A stretch of 62,973 bases of DNA, filler included, from Reclinomonas americana ATCC 50394 (taxonomy: Eukaryota): NCBI GenBank assembly GCA_048213135.1. It is 3 parts of 3 records of this genome, joined end to end, with 100 filler letters (N's around TTAATTAATTAA, not from the genome) between each part and the next. Parts side by side here need not be neighbours in the genome. Positions count along the whole stretch, not along the records: positions 18,356 to 44,852 come from PS015469.1; 2 more parts are not named here. One strand, given 5' to 3'. Under the pieces are notes generated by a model. It had not been told where the DNA came from. It saw only the letters and a program-made list of their open reading frames with translations, and searched no databases. Positions 24,178 through 36,762 of this stretch are shown piece by piece (positions within the stretch are counted from its first letter, which is position 1; each line of letters opens with the position of its first letter). Both the position numbers and the translations under genes were made by a program.

Positions 24178-26151
24178 ATGGCAGAGGCTTGGCGCGGTCT
24201 GTTCCATCCCTCCACCCTTCTCCATCCCACTTCATTGACTCACCAGCAGATGCCTCTTCCTTTTTGTATTCGGGGTAGAGTTTTGCAAGAAGGATCCGGT
24301 CAAGCCGTTGCTGATGGGCACCATGGGCATTGCGGATCCGGTGCCCAAGACGTTTCCATCGGCCCCACCGGCCACTGCCGTGGTCCATCGTGGCGCGTAC
24401 ATGACGCCACTGGTCCGCGCAGAGTCCGAGCTGCGCAAGAGTTGCGTTGTCTCCCTCGTGTGTAGATCTCCAGGCAGGCAAGCAAGCAAATGGCTGCTCA
24501 CTCGTTTTCTTTCGTGATCACACAGATGATCCGACCAAGTTCGGCTTCGACGCCAGTCGCACGGATAACATTGGCGCGCATCGTGGCAAGTCTGTCAAGG
24601 ATGTGAGTCCGGAGCTGTACAAGCATCGGCGAGGATTTACGCGGAACACGGGCTCAGAACGTTGAGTTTTCCCTTTGTCTCTCTCTCTCTCTCTCTCTCT
24701 CGCACTTTCCCGTGAGCTCCCTTGCTCTCCTCTCTGTTTCTCTTCATTTCGTCTCACTTTGCCTCTTCCATTCTCCTTTCTCTTGGACAGCTTGGGTGCC
24801 TGTGCCACCGGCGGCCACGGAAAAGGGAGCGCGTTCGTACAATCCGCTGACGCACACGGCCGTGGTAATCCCGGCTGAGACGTTCCGTGCGACATCGTCT
24901 GCGGCCGAGTCGGGTCGAACGTCTTTGCGGGGTGTGCGTACGAGGACACCACCACCGCGCACACTGGAACCGTTGAGTGCGGAGCGTGTGGCGACGTTGC
25001 AGGCCAAGAACGATGCGGTTGTTGGGCGGAAACACGGGGCGCCGCCGGTGCGACCTGATGATCTGGCTGTTGCGTCTTTCCTCCTCCTTTATCGTCTCGC
25101 ATGTTTGCAGCTTGTTGCTCNNNNNNNNNNNNNNNNNNNNNNNNNNNNNNNNNNNNNNNNNNNNNNNNNNNNNNNNNNNNNNNNNNNNNNNNNNNNNNNN
25201 NNNNNNNNNNNNNNNNNNNNNNNNNNNNNNNNNNNNNNNNNNNNNNNNNNNNNNNNNNNNNNNNNNNNNNNNNNNNNNNNNNNNNNNNNNNNNNNNNNNN
25301 NNNNNNNNNNNNNNNNNNNNNNNNNNNNNNNNNNNNNNNNNNNNNNNNNNNNNNNNNNNNNNNNNNNNNNNNNNNNNNNNNNNNNNNNNNNNNNNNNNNN
25401 NNNNNNNNNNNNNNNNNNNNNNNNNNNNNNNNNNNNNNNNNNNNNNNNNNNNNNNNNNNNNNNNNNNNNNNNNNNNNNNNNNNNNNNNNNNNNNNNNNNN
25501 NNNNNNNNNNNNNNNNNNNNNNNNNACCGACAGTGCGATGATGACAGGCCACCCAAGCAGTGCCGTCGGTGGCCGAGAGAACCAAGGGAGTGGCGTCGGC
25601 CATTGGCAGGAGACCAGAGCGTGCGGGTGAGGAGCCGCTGGGTCCCGTCGACTCGACGCGCACTTTCGGTGGTGCCTCCAAGGCCTCCACGCTGAACAGC
25701 TCCTCGCGCGTCACCATGCACCGCGAGTTCCAAACGACGCACAATGCCACCTTTGTGGTGCGTTTGTGCGCGTGTACGTGAAGTACATTCAGCGTCTGGA
25801 GCTAACGCGACGTGCAGGTCCATGAGAACACTGGCGGCTCACAAACGGCCTCGTCGCACCTGCCGACGTACGGACGGCGGAAAGGAGTGACCGAGTTCGC
25901 CGACCAGACGTACACGTTTGCACGACGAGACAATGTGTTGCATCGGCAAGCGATCAAGGAGAATCCGCGAGCGTTTGCCAGACACACGGGCATGTTTTCG
26001 GATTACATGGATCAAGGTGCGATGGTCGCCCTCTTGCACCNNNNNNNNNNNNNNNNNNNNACCCCGTGTCCATCCCTGTTCCTCACTTTTTGTTTTTGAA
26101 AACTGCGCAGCCCACAAGAGCAAGATGCCCATGCCCTTCACCAATCAATAA
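24178..26151 (+). CDS. Hypothetical multi-exon protein, possibly cilium-associated
   Basis: Spliceable exons (KKDPVKPLLMGTMG.., DDPTKFGFDASRTDNIG.., RSYNPLTH.., RRKGVTEFADQ..HTGMFSDYMD) end at TAA 26149-26151. The function is a guess. Confidence 0.55.
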
Positions 26152-26312
26152 GTGCACACTGTGATACTTTTGGCAAGGATCGATCGATCATGCGTGCCGC
26201 GCGGTTGTTGCTTGGATACATTTGCTGTTTCAGTGGACAGAGAAACAAAGGACACGAGCGAGAGAGAGAGAAGAAGGAACAGGGGGAGAATGACGGAAAA
26301 TCGACAGAAAAA

Positions 26313-26343
<31 letters not shown>

Positions 26344-26364
26344 CCATGAGGCAACCCACCTAGC

Positions 26365-29036
26365 TCACTTCTCCTTAAAGGAGAACTGGGACTTTTCTAT
26401 CTCGTCGGGATTGAGCTTGGCAAACATGCTTTCCACCTCGGTACGGCGCTTGCGTTCGTTCTCCACCCGTTGTCGCATCTCCTCCTGTGCCGACGCCGAC
26501 ACCGGGGATGGCGGTGCAGCGGCGACAGCAGCAGCGGAAGGCGGAGCAGGTGCCGGAGCACTGCTGCCACTGGCGCTGTTGGAGCTACCCGACAAATCGT
26601 CCTTGACACGCTGCGAAAGCGCAACACGCATGGCGCGTCGCTTGTCGTCCGCATCGGCTGCCGTCACCTCGGTTGCTGCCGGTGCACCACTGCCACGGGA
26701 TGATGGTCGCTCGCTGGCCGGCTCACCGCCACTGCCACTCGCGCCGCCCTCCTGGTGCAGCTTCTTCAGCTTGGCCTCGCGTTCCGAGCGGCGCTACGCA
26801 AGTGGCAAAAAAACACATACACGATCAGCTCCCTCCATCAAATAAAGACAGAGCGAGTGGCACCACCACGCGCACCTGAGCCATGAGCTTGTCACGTTGC
26901 TCGCGCAGGTACTTGCGACGCATGGCAATCTGCTCGGCGTCTGGACCACGACGGCCAGCCGCCTCCGCCAGCTCGTCTTCTGAGTAAATGTCTTCGCCAG
27001 AGGCCGCAGCCGAGGCCAGACTGCGAGTCGGCATACCAGTGCTGTTTGTTGGTCTGCATGCACATTACAGCGGCGTGAGCGAAAGGGAGAAGTGCGACAC
27101 GGTGAGGAAAGAAGAGGCAGTGGCCCACGCAACGATGACCTTGATCCGGCAGATGGTGACGCCGACGATCCGCTGCCTGAGGCGCTGGGTGAGGGGCGTG
27201 GGAGTGACGATGGGCCCTCCCGCCGTGCCGACACTGCGGGGAGCTCGCGTGCTGACCGTGCGTTAACATCGGCGTCCGCGCCGGCACCGCTGGCGGCACC
27301 GGACGCGGCGGCAACGGCGGCGGCGGAGGAGGAGGAGGAGCCTTGTGGGGAGGTTGCCACGGCTGCTGCAGCCCGCAAGTCAATGGGCTTGACGGGTCTC
27401 ACAGGATCACTCGACACTGCCACTGGCGGCGATGCGGCCGAGCCCGAGGCCGGTTCCTGCCGCCTCGCTGGTGACGACACACCCACCGAGCTCGCCGCTG
27501 CGGTCTGGGCCGTAGAAATCGACTGCGAGAACACCACACGCGATGATGACGATGATGAGCCGGCACCGGCATCGCCGTCGTCGGGATCCACATCGCCGCC
27601 CTGCATCTGTGTGGGCCCAGTCATTGAGGCACACGCCCACAAAAAGAGTGACTGGAAGGACTTTTCCAGTGAGGCTGACCTTGCGTGCTTTCAGCGCGCG
27701 CACTTTCTCCTCCAGCACACGCTCTTGTCGCATGCGCTCGGCCAACACACTGCGCTGCAACTCCGTGACCTCTTCCTCATGCTGCGCCACCGCCTTTTGT
27801 GCCTGTACGCACAATGGTCAGTGGCTGGCTGTGGTGGTGAACGAGTCAAAAGCACGAGAGCCGAATGACCTCGAGTGCCATGGAAATGGCCAGAGCCTTT
27901 TCCAGCTCCAGCTTCTCCAACTCCAGCTGCTTCTCCTCAATCGCACGCTCCTCCTCGGACACATTCAGCGCCATCTGTACACAATTCAGGAATGGGTGTC
28001 TGCGCCACGATCCGCCAGGGGGCGAAGCGCTGTCGCGTACCTTCAACAGTTCCTCCTCCTCTCGCCGCTTGGCCTCCTCCTGCTCTGCCAGCTCTCGCGA
28101 CACACGCAGGGCCTCCTCGAGGTCAGCCGTCTGGCAACACCAAGATGAGCGGGTGAGAGAGGCGAACAGAAAGAGAAAAGAGAGAGGGGGAGACGAGGCC
28201 CGTCTCACCGGTGATCGCACGCTGCTGCCCATCGCCACGGGAGTATGCACGTCCTCGTGTGGTCGCTGCTGCGCTCGCTGCGCCTTTGATTTGAGGATCC
28301 TGATGGAGACGGGGGCGTGAGCGACACACTACAGTCAATACTCGACGAGCAGAGTCTGCCGACGCAACTTGAGCGCCTCCAGTTCGAGCTCCACGTTGCG
28401 TTTCTGCGCACCTCACGATGAGAAACAATGACAGCACAGCTTATGCCTACTCTCTCCACCTCACCTCCATGATCTTCTTGAATGCTGCAGTAGAGTGAAC
28501 ACACAAGCACACACAGTCTTCTCAGCCACTCGCCAGCAACAGCAGCAGCAGACGACACAAGCGGACACAACTGACGAAATCATCGAGGGCCAGAATGTAC
28601 TCGGTCACCAATCGCGACAGCTCCATGTTCCTCCCCGACAAGCACGCCTCGACAAACTCCTCCGGCTGCACACCCAAGTTCTCCAAGTGCGCCTCCAGCA
28701 GATCCTCGACCACCTTTTTGAATTGCTGTGGCAAGAGAGGAGTGAGAGAGGAGCAGATCAATCAACAATGAGGAGAGAGGCCACGGCCACACCTGGTGGA
28801 TCTCAGTGTGCACAAACTTGCTCTCATCCTCGCCATCAAACACCAGGCAGTGCTCATCCATGAATCCCTGCACTGGAATCGTCCACATGGGCGAGTCTGT
28901 TGTGATCACACACACACACTCATGCATTAGATGATCGTTGAGAAGAGTGATCATCATACACAACAATCACCACACAACTGATAAACTCGATGCATGTGTC
29001 GTACAACCACTCGTTCTCTTCGCCCGTCGCCGTCAT
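26365..29036 (-). CDS. CFAP36: Cilia- and flagella-associated protein 36 (CCDC104/BARTL1)
   Basis: BART-like domain SPMWTIPVQGFMDEHCLVFDGEDESKFVHTEIHQQFKKVVEDLLE..LGVQPEEFVEAC..ILALDDF; UIM-like helices (ADLEEALRVS, LEKALAISM); C-terminal RRKYLREQRDKL. Confidence 0.88.
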
Positions 29037-29663
29037 CGAGAGTGCTCTGTTAGGGGGGAGTGTGAGGAAACGCGCAATGTCCACGCAAGCACTCTCTTGT
29101 TCTCTCTCACAGTGCTCTTGTGCTGTGTTGCTGCTCTCTCTCACTTTGCTGTTAAGAGTGGCACGCAATGTGTGCTGTGTATGTGTGTGTGAGAGAGTGC
29201 GAGTGGTGGGAGAGAGTAACGTCTGAACGCGTGCGTCGGTGGACAACTCGCTTGTTGTGGGTACTCGCGTGATGAGCAAGCGTCCACACGTGCAACTCAC
29301 CGTCAATGTGGGTATGAATGTGTGTTGCGTACGTGGTGTGCGTTGAGAGAGAAGAGCACAGCAACGTGCGGCGACGTCGCGGCGTGATACAGGCAGACAG
29401 GACCGGCGACGTCTGTTCGCTTTCTTTCTGCGCATGGTTCTGGTGAGGCGCGCGGACAACGAGGTATGTGTAGGCATTATGTGTACGGAGCTGGAGCCGC
29501 CATGATGCAGGTTGAAGTGCGTTGAAGTGCCTCACGATCAACGTTTGTTCGAATTCCGACGTCGACCAATTGCAAGGCGCCAGGCGATGCTCAGCGCATG
29601 TGGAATACCACACACAGAGCCGTACTCTGAGATGCAGAAAGCCACGGTCATCTTATCTTTGTT

Positions 29664-31515
29664 CCTGCAACTGTGATCGCTGCAGGACAGCTGCAGTCGA
29701 TATCTTCCGCTTTTGACACACTTGCAAGCGATGGAGCAGCCCGTCGCCCTGCAAGAAGCACACACACGTCTGCGCGACAAGCTCGACGCCAATGCACCCG
29801 TCGACGATATTGTCGCTGCAATCAAGGCTCTCGTCGAAGAAGGTTTTGCTGATCATGAGCACGTGCACATGCAGCAGGTGTGCAGCACTCACACTTGGAC
29901 GCAGTTATGAATGTCGTTGATGCGATGGGAGAGCGACGGGTCATCGATGTTCTCGGCGAGGAGCTGATGCGCACAGCGTGTCGCGCGTGGGATGTTTTGC
30001 CTCCGTACACGCGCAGTCCTGTTGATCTAGAGGAGATGAGCAGGCATCCGCGCATATCGATGCTCCTGTTGTGCAATGTGTACGGTCAGCTGACACTGTG
30101 CTGGTTCTCTGCGTGTGTTCCTCGATCTGCTTCTCACTCGTCAGTCGCCAGCCGGTTGGCGTGAAGGAAAGAAGGTGTTGTCCGACGTGGGCGCGTTGCG
30201 TCGAGCGGTGCAGGATTTCCGCTGCGCTCGTGCCGCCTCGCTGTTCCCGATCCTCAGTGCACTGGTGGTGTCGGTGTTCAGACCAATGCTCGAGAAAGAC
30301 ATGGACGACGAGAGTGGTTTCAGTCGCGAGGTGTTTGACGTGTCGGCGGCATATGTGCTTGCCGAGGGTGTGATTGACGAGCTGTTGTTGACGCTGGATG
30401 GCATCGGGTGGCCGACGCCAGAAACAGAAGTGCTGTCGAACGTACTCACGACTCTCGGGAATTGTGGTGCGTCTCTGCTTTGGTTGTTGTTGGTCGCATC
30501 ATCTCGTGCTGTGCCCTGACGCCATCGCTGTGCGCGGCAGAGCTGTGCGAGGAGGGCTGGGAGCGTATCGCCGAGAGTGGACGTGTGGCACGTCTTGTGT
30601 CGTTCTACTCGCTCGACAAGGTCGACAGTGACGTGTTCCAGGCGGCAGAATTCATCGTCTGCAACATGGTGGATTCGCGTCCCGACATGGCTGTGTTCTC
30701 GACGCTGCGGCAGGCCATGCTCGATGCTGGGGTTGTGGAGGTGATCAAACGTGCTCCTCCATGGATGGGGGAAGGAGCTTGCTGACTGGCGATTACTGTT
30801 GCAGAACTGCCTGCGCATTCTCGAGGATCGCGACGCACGCTGTGCCGCCACCTGCATGGCCCCCGCGATCTTGTGGTACATGAGTTGCGATCTCACAGTA
30901 GTACCCTCATCACCTCTCTTTTGTGCTGCTGACCTCCGCCATCGGCAGTGATTCCTGATCAAGTGGACACTCGTCTGCGGATCGTGCAGCAGGGTGGAAT
31001 CCGTGTGCTTCACGATGTCTTGCTTGACCGGAGAGACGAATGCGTGATAGTGGTCCGCAACGCTGCCATGGCGCTCTTTGTCCTCGCCGACAATGGTCAC
31101 CTGAATCAGCATCGGCAAGTGCTGGTCGACCTTCAGCAAGTGCTCGTCGAAGAGCCGACTCGTAACGGAGCGGCGTGGACGTTTGAAGGCGAGTGCATTG
31201 GTGGGTATCGCCCAAGGTTGCGCATTGACACTTACCGTACCGCATGCGTAGATTGCGTACTGCAACCCGACGGTCTCATCGCCGATCTCGGCGTGTCGGT
31301 CAAGGCGAAGCACAGCGTCGAAGCGAGCCTCCGCGTGGTGCTGGAGCGAGTGCGATATTACCTGGCGGTGATAGACAGATGAGGCGAGTGTACAAGGAAC
31401 GAGCACTTGTCTGTCCCACACAGATTATCAGTCGATGAGCAAGCCGGAGGAGTGCCTTCGCCTTCTCGAGTCGCTTATCCAGGCCAATCCCTTCCGGGAG
31501 CCATGAACCCCACGA
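29664..31515 (+). CDS. Helical/ARM-like repeat protein, tandem copy 1
   Basis: MEQPVALQEAH..; ARM-like segments AMLDAGVVEVI and IVQQGGIRVLHDVL..VVRNAAMALFVLA. Exon structure only partly resolved. Confidence 0.5.
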
Positions 31516-33410
31516 TCTGCAAACTGTGGTCGCTGCAGGACAACTCGCTGCATCGATCTTTTCCGCTTTTATTTCAACGATTGCAGCGATGGAGCAACCC
31601 GTGGCACTGCAAGAGGCACACACACATCTGCGCGACAAGCTCGACGCCAATGCACCCATCGACGACATTGTCGCTGCAATCAAAGCTCTCGTCGAAGAAG
31701 GTCTTTTGCTGATCATCAGCACGTGCACATGCAGCAGGTGTGCAGCACTCACAGTTTGGAAGCAGTGCTGAATGTCGTTGATGGAGAGCGACGAGTCATC
31801 GATGTTCTCGGCGAGGAGCTGATGCGCACAGCGTGTCGCGCGTGGGATGTGTTGCCTCCGTACACGCGCTCACTTGTTGATCGGGAGGAGATGAGCAGGC
31901 ATCCGCGCATGGAGATGCTCGTGTTGTGCAATGTGTACGGTCAGCTGACACTGTGCTGGTTCTCTGCGTGCCCAATTTGCTTCTCACTCGTCAGCCGCCA
32001 GACGACTGGCGTGAGGGCAAGAAGGTGTTGTCCGACGTGGGCGCGTTGCGTCGAGCGGTGCAGGATTTCCGCTGCGCTCGTGCCGCCTCGCTGTTCCCGA
32101 TTCTCGTTGCACTGCTGCTGTCGGTGTTTAGACCAGTGCTCGAGAGAGACATGCACGACGAGAGTGGTTTCAGTCGCGAGGTGTTTGACGTGTCGGCGGC
32201 ATATGTGCTTGCCGAGGGTGTTGTTGACGAGCTGTTGTTGACGCTGGATGATATCGGGTGGCCGACGCCACATGCAGAAGTGCTGTCGAACGTGCTCATG
32301 ACTCTCGGGGATATCGGTGCGTCTCTGCTTTGGTTGTTGTTGGTCGCATCATCTCGTGCTCTGCCCTGACACCATCGTTGTGCGCGGCAGAGCTGTGCGA
32401 GGAGGGTTTGGAGCGTATCGCCGAGAGTGGACGTGTGGCACGTCTTGTGTCGTTCTACTCGCTCGACAAGGTCAACAGCGACGTGTTTGGGGCGGCGGAA
32501 TTCATCGTCGCCAACATGGTGGAGTTGCGTCCCGACATGGCTGTGTTCTCCACGCTGCGACAGGCCATGCTCGATGCTGGGGTTGTGGAGGTGAGCAATC
32601 GTTCTCCTCCATGGATGGGGGAAGGAGCTTGCTGACTTGGGGGCGATTACTGTTGTAGAATTGTCTGCGCATTCTCGAGGATCGCGACGCGCGCTGCACC
32701 TCCACCTCCATGGCCCCCGCGGTCTTGTGGTACATGAGTTGCGATCACACAGTAGTACCCTCATCACCTCTCTTTTGTGCTGCTGACCTCCGCCATCGGC
32801 AGTGATTCCCGATCAAGTGGACACTCGTCTGCGGATCGTGCAGCAGGGTGGGATCCGAGTGCTTCACGATGTCTTGCTTGACCGGAGGGGCGAATGCGTG
32901 ACAGTGGTCCGCAACGCTGCCATGGCGCTCTTTGTGCTTGCCGACAATGGTCACCTGAACCAGCATCGGCAAGTGCTCGTCGACCTTCAACAAGTGCTCG
33001 TCGAAGAGCCGACTCGTAATGGAGTGGCGTGGACGTTTGCAGGCGAGTGCGTTGGCGGGTATAATCGCCCGTGGTTGCTCATTGACACCTACGCATGTAC
33101 AGAATTCGTGCTGCAACCCGACGGTCTCATCGCCGATCTCGGCGTGTCGGTCAAGGCGAAGCACAGCGTCGAAGCGAGCCTCCGCGTGGTGCTGGAGCGA
33201 GTGCGATATCAGCTGGCGATGATTGACAGATGAGCGGGGAGGCGAGTGAGTGTACAGGCCAGCTAAACTGTTGCAGAGGGAGCATTCGTCTTGGAGAACG
33301 AGCACTTGTCTGTCCCACACAGATTATCAGTCGATGAGCAAGCCGGAGGAGTGCCTTCGCCTTCTCGAGTCGCTCATCCAGGCCGATCCCTTCCGCCGGA
33401 GCCATGAACC
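29664..33410 (+). repeat. Direct tandem duplication, unit ~1.85 kb
   Basis: Long identical stretches (e.g. 30173-30250 vs 32023-32100) with scattered substitutions and small indels. Confidence 0.93.
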
Positions 33411-33615
33411 CACGTTGAAAGGACTGCGACTTTACCAAGTTCGTGTTCAGCAGCGCGATGCGGTCTACGAGCGAGCTGTCGAGGGTCTGGTGACATTGAT
33501 CGAGGTCGCCGACGACTCCACCATGCGCCCGATCATCTTCTCACAGGTGTGCGACGCGCTGATGACTGCCGGAAACGATGAGGACAGGCGATCTCGATAT
33601 CAGGCGTTGTTTTGA
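31516..33615 (+). CDS. Helical/ARM-like repeat protein, tandem copy 2 with unique C-terminal segment
   Basis: Colinear with copy 1 up to ~33410, then continues TLKGLRLYQ..RYQALF-TGA. Confidence 0.5.
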
Positions 33616-34845
33616 GAGCCATTTTTAGGCGCTTCTGTAAACGAAGAACTCGTGGTGGCACTCTGCTCTTGCAGCTTCTCGATAGATGAGAGCCCAAAAC
33701 CGGCGCGAAGTGCGGTGGTGCATTTCGAAGAAGTAGTTGTCTGTCCCAACACAACTTGGCACGCGTTGTCTGTGACAGACAACAACGTGGAGAGAGCGAT
33801 GAGCGCAAACAGCGCCTCCTTTCCTGCACCTGTCGATGGTGGTGCTCCTGGTGGTGGTGGTGGTGGTNNNNNNNNNNNNNNNNNNNNNNNNNNNNNNNNN
33901 NNNNNNNNNNNNNNNNNNNNNNNNNNNNNNNNNNNNNNNNNNNNNNNNNNNNNNNNNNNNNNNNNNNNNNNNNNNNNNNNNNNNNNNNNNNNNNNNNNNN
34001 NNNNNNNNNNNNNNNNNNNNNNNNNNNNNNNNNNNNNNNNNNNNNNNNNNNNNNNNNNNNNNNNNNNNNNNNNNNNNNNNNNNNNNNNNNNNNNNNNNNN
34101 NNNNNNNNNNNNNNNNNNNNNNNNNNNNNNNNNNNNNNNNNNNNNNNNNNNNNNNNNNNNNNNNNNNNNNNNNNNNNNNNNNNNNNNNNNNNNNNNNNNN
34201 NNNNNNNNNNNNNNNNNNNNNNNNNNNNNNNNNNNNNNNNNNNNNNNNNNNNNNNNNNNNNNNNNNNNNNNNNNNNNNNNNNNNNNNNNNNNNNNNNNNN
34301 NNNNNNNNNNNNNNNNNNNNNNNNNNNNNNNNNNNNNNNNNNNNNNNNNNNNNNNNNNNNNNNNNNNNNNNNNNNNNNNNNNNNNNNNNNNNNNNNNNNN
34401 NNNNNNNNNNNNNNNNNNNNNNNNNNNNNNNNNNNNNNNNNNNNNNNNNNNNNNNNNNNNNNNNNNNNNNNNNNNNNNNNNNNNNNNNNNNNNNNNNNNN
34501 NNNNNNNNNNNNNNNNNNNNNNNNNNNNNNNNNNNNNNNNNNNNNNNNNNNNNNNNNNNNNNNNNNNNNNNNNNNNNNNNNNNNNNNNNNNNNNNNNNNN
34601 NNNNNNNNNNNNNNNNNNNNNNNNNNNNNNNNNNNNNNNNNNNNNNNNNNNNNNNNNNNNNNNNNNNNNNNNNNNNNNNNNNNNNNNNNNNNNNNNNNNN
34701 NNNNNNNNNNNNNNNNNNNNNNNNNNNNNNNNNNNNNNNNNNNNNNNNNNNNNNNNNNNNNNNNNNNNNNNNNNNNNNNNNNNNNNNNNNNNNNNNNNNN
34801 NNNNNNNNNNNNNNNNNNNNNNNNNNNNNNNNNNNNNNNNNNNNN

Positions 34846-35710
34846 GGAGGAGGAGGAGGAGACATTGATGGCGCAGCACTGGCCAGTGCCATATGGCAAG
34901 TGCTGCAAACACTGTGGTCTCTGATCTCCATTCCCCTCTCCCTTGGAGTTGCGTTCTCATACTATCTCCCTCCCTCTCTTGCTTCTTCTCTCTCTCTATG
35001 CACTGACACTGACCTTCAACCCTCATCCAATCATCCAGTGGGAGAAGTTGGCGCCCTTGCTGTGGCAAGCACTGGTGTTCACGGCCGAGCAAGTGGGCTC
35101 TCTGCTGTGGACACTGGTGTCATCACCGGAGCGTCTGTGGCACTTTGTGCAGCTCATTGCGCGCTCGCTGGCATCGGTGGTCGTCGGCATTGTCAATCGA
35201 TGTGATCCCGTGTACTTGCTCGTCGGTCTGCTGTGCTTTGCGCTGGTCATGTACGCGACACGTGGACGCCTGCTGCTCTACGTGCTCTCGCTACCCTTCC
35301 GCATCGTGCACTCGCTGCTGTACTGGCCCGTGTTCTTCCCGCTGGAGCTGGCGTGGATGGTTGTGCGGACGGTGGTCTCGGTGCTGCTGCTGCCCGTGCG
35401 CCTGCTGCTGTGGTTGTGGCGCCTCGGGCGTGGCGGCGGTGGCAGTGACAAGCCTCCCGCGTCGCCACCCAGCAAGCCGCAGAGAAGAGCGCTGCGCAAT
35501 GGTGGCGGGTCGCCGGTGAATGGGCATGCCGACACCGACTCGGACGTCAGTCGCGACGAGATGGAGGGCTCCTCGCTCGGCGACGACCACGATGTCGACG
35601 ACGACGACGAGATCTTTAACGAGGAGGAGGTGGAGGAGGACAAGATGCGCGCCAACGAGCCCGTCATTGACGGTCGCGGCGGCTGGCTCCGTCATCGTCA
35701 TCCGCGCTGA
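34846..35710 (+). CDS. Hydrophobic membrane-associated hypothetical protein with acidic tail; 5' part in gap
   Basis: Several Leu/Trp/Pro-rich hydrophobic helices; probable GTTGCGT donor at 34948; TGA at 35708-35710. Confidence 0.6.
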
Positions 35711-35770
35711 TGGTCAAGAAAAAGAAAAGTAAACGCTCATTCACAGACGCTATTGTTGTTGTTGTTATTA

Positions 35771-36577
35771 TCATGTCATCCCAAACGCGTCAAAGTCATC
35801 GTCGTCGTCGCTGTCGACCGTGGCCAGGCCCAACACATGCGCCGTTCGCCGTGCATTGTCATTGGGTGGCGATCGATTAACAATGCCTGCCGCTGCTCCC
35901 GCGCCTGCCTGGTCGGCCTTAACAGAGTGGCCTCCTCCTCCGACAGACACACGCAGCGCCAGCACCGATCGCGACCGCAAGTGGCTCGCACTCGCCGACG
36001 GCGAGAATCCCATGGGCGGCAACACCACACCATGCCTGCTCTGCTGCTGCTGCTGCTGCTGACCATCCACGCCCACATCGCCCTCTTGCGTTGTGGGCAC
36101 CATGGCCTCCAAGTCCAGCTCGCCCACACAGAACGCAGCCACTCCACCGCCCTCCGCCTGCCCGTTCGTCGCCAGTGAATGATACGTGGAGAATCCTATG
36201 CGTCGCACACTGCCTTTTTCGCCACTCCGTCCTCCCCCAGCACCACCCACCAAGGTTGAGCCTGCGCGTGTTAATGTCGCAGTGCTGTTCGACGAGGTGC
36301 TGTAGTCAGAGACGATCTCAGAGTCGCCTCCGCCCGCGCCTCCGCCTCCCACGCGATATGAGTCAACGCGAGCGTGCGGGTTGAGGCGTTGTCGTGTGGG
36401 CCGTTGTTGCTGTGATGTTGTGGAGGAGGGTGTGGGTGTGCTGGCCTCGGAGGGCGATGTGGCCGAGCTATGAGTGGATTGATGATGAGCGCCGTTATGT
36501 GTGTGTGTGTGTCTGTTTTCTGTGTGTGTATGTGTGTGTGTGTGTGTGTGCAGTGAGTACCTGCCACTACAGCCCAT
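35771..36577 (-). CDS. Disordered protein with MGCSGS N-terminal acylation motif
   Basis: ATG GGC TGT AGT GGC AG|gtactc...catag|C TCG joins the long ORF ending at 35771. Confidence 0.5.
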   Translation of the reverse strand: MGCSGRYSLHTHTHTHTHTENRHTHTHNGAHHQSTHSSATSPSEASTPTPSSTTSQQQRPTRQRLNPHARVDSYRVGGGGAGGGDSEIVSDYSTSSNSTATLTRAGSTLVGGAGGGRSGEKGSVRRIGFSTYHSLATNGQAEGGGVAAFCVGELDLEAMVPTTQEGDVGVDGQQQQQQQSRHGVVLPPMGFSPSASASHLRSRSVLALRVSVGGGGHSVKADQAGAGAAAGIVNRSPPNDNARRTAHVLGLATVDSDDDDDFDAFGMT

Positions 36578-36762
36578 GAGCGTGTCTCGTCCCTGGTCGT
36601 CGTTTGCGCGCTGCTGCGTTGTGTTGACGCTCGCGTTTCGATGACTCTTTGACAAATCGGACACCGTATACATGAAAACGCCTTTTACCTTTTTCCGCTC
36701 GACGAGCACCCACAACAACAACAACAAACAAGTAGATACATATATATGCAGAGAGAAACGCA

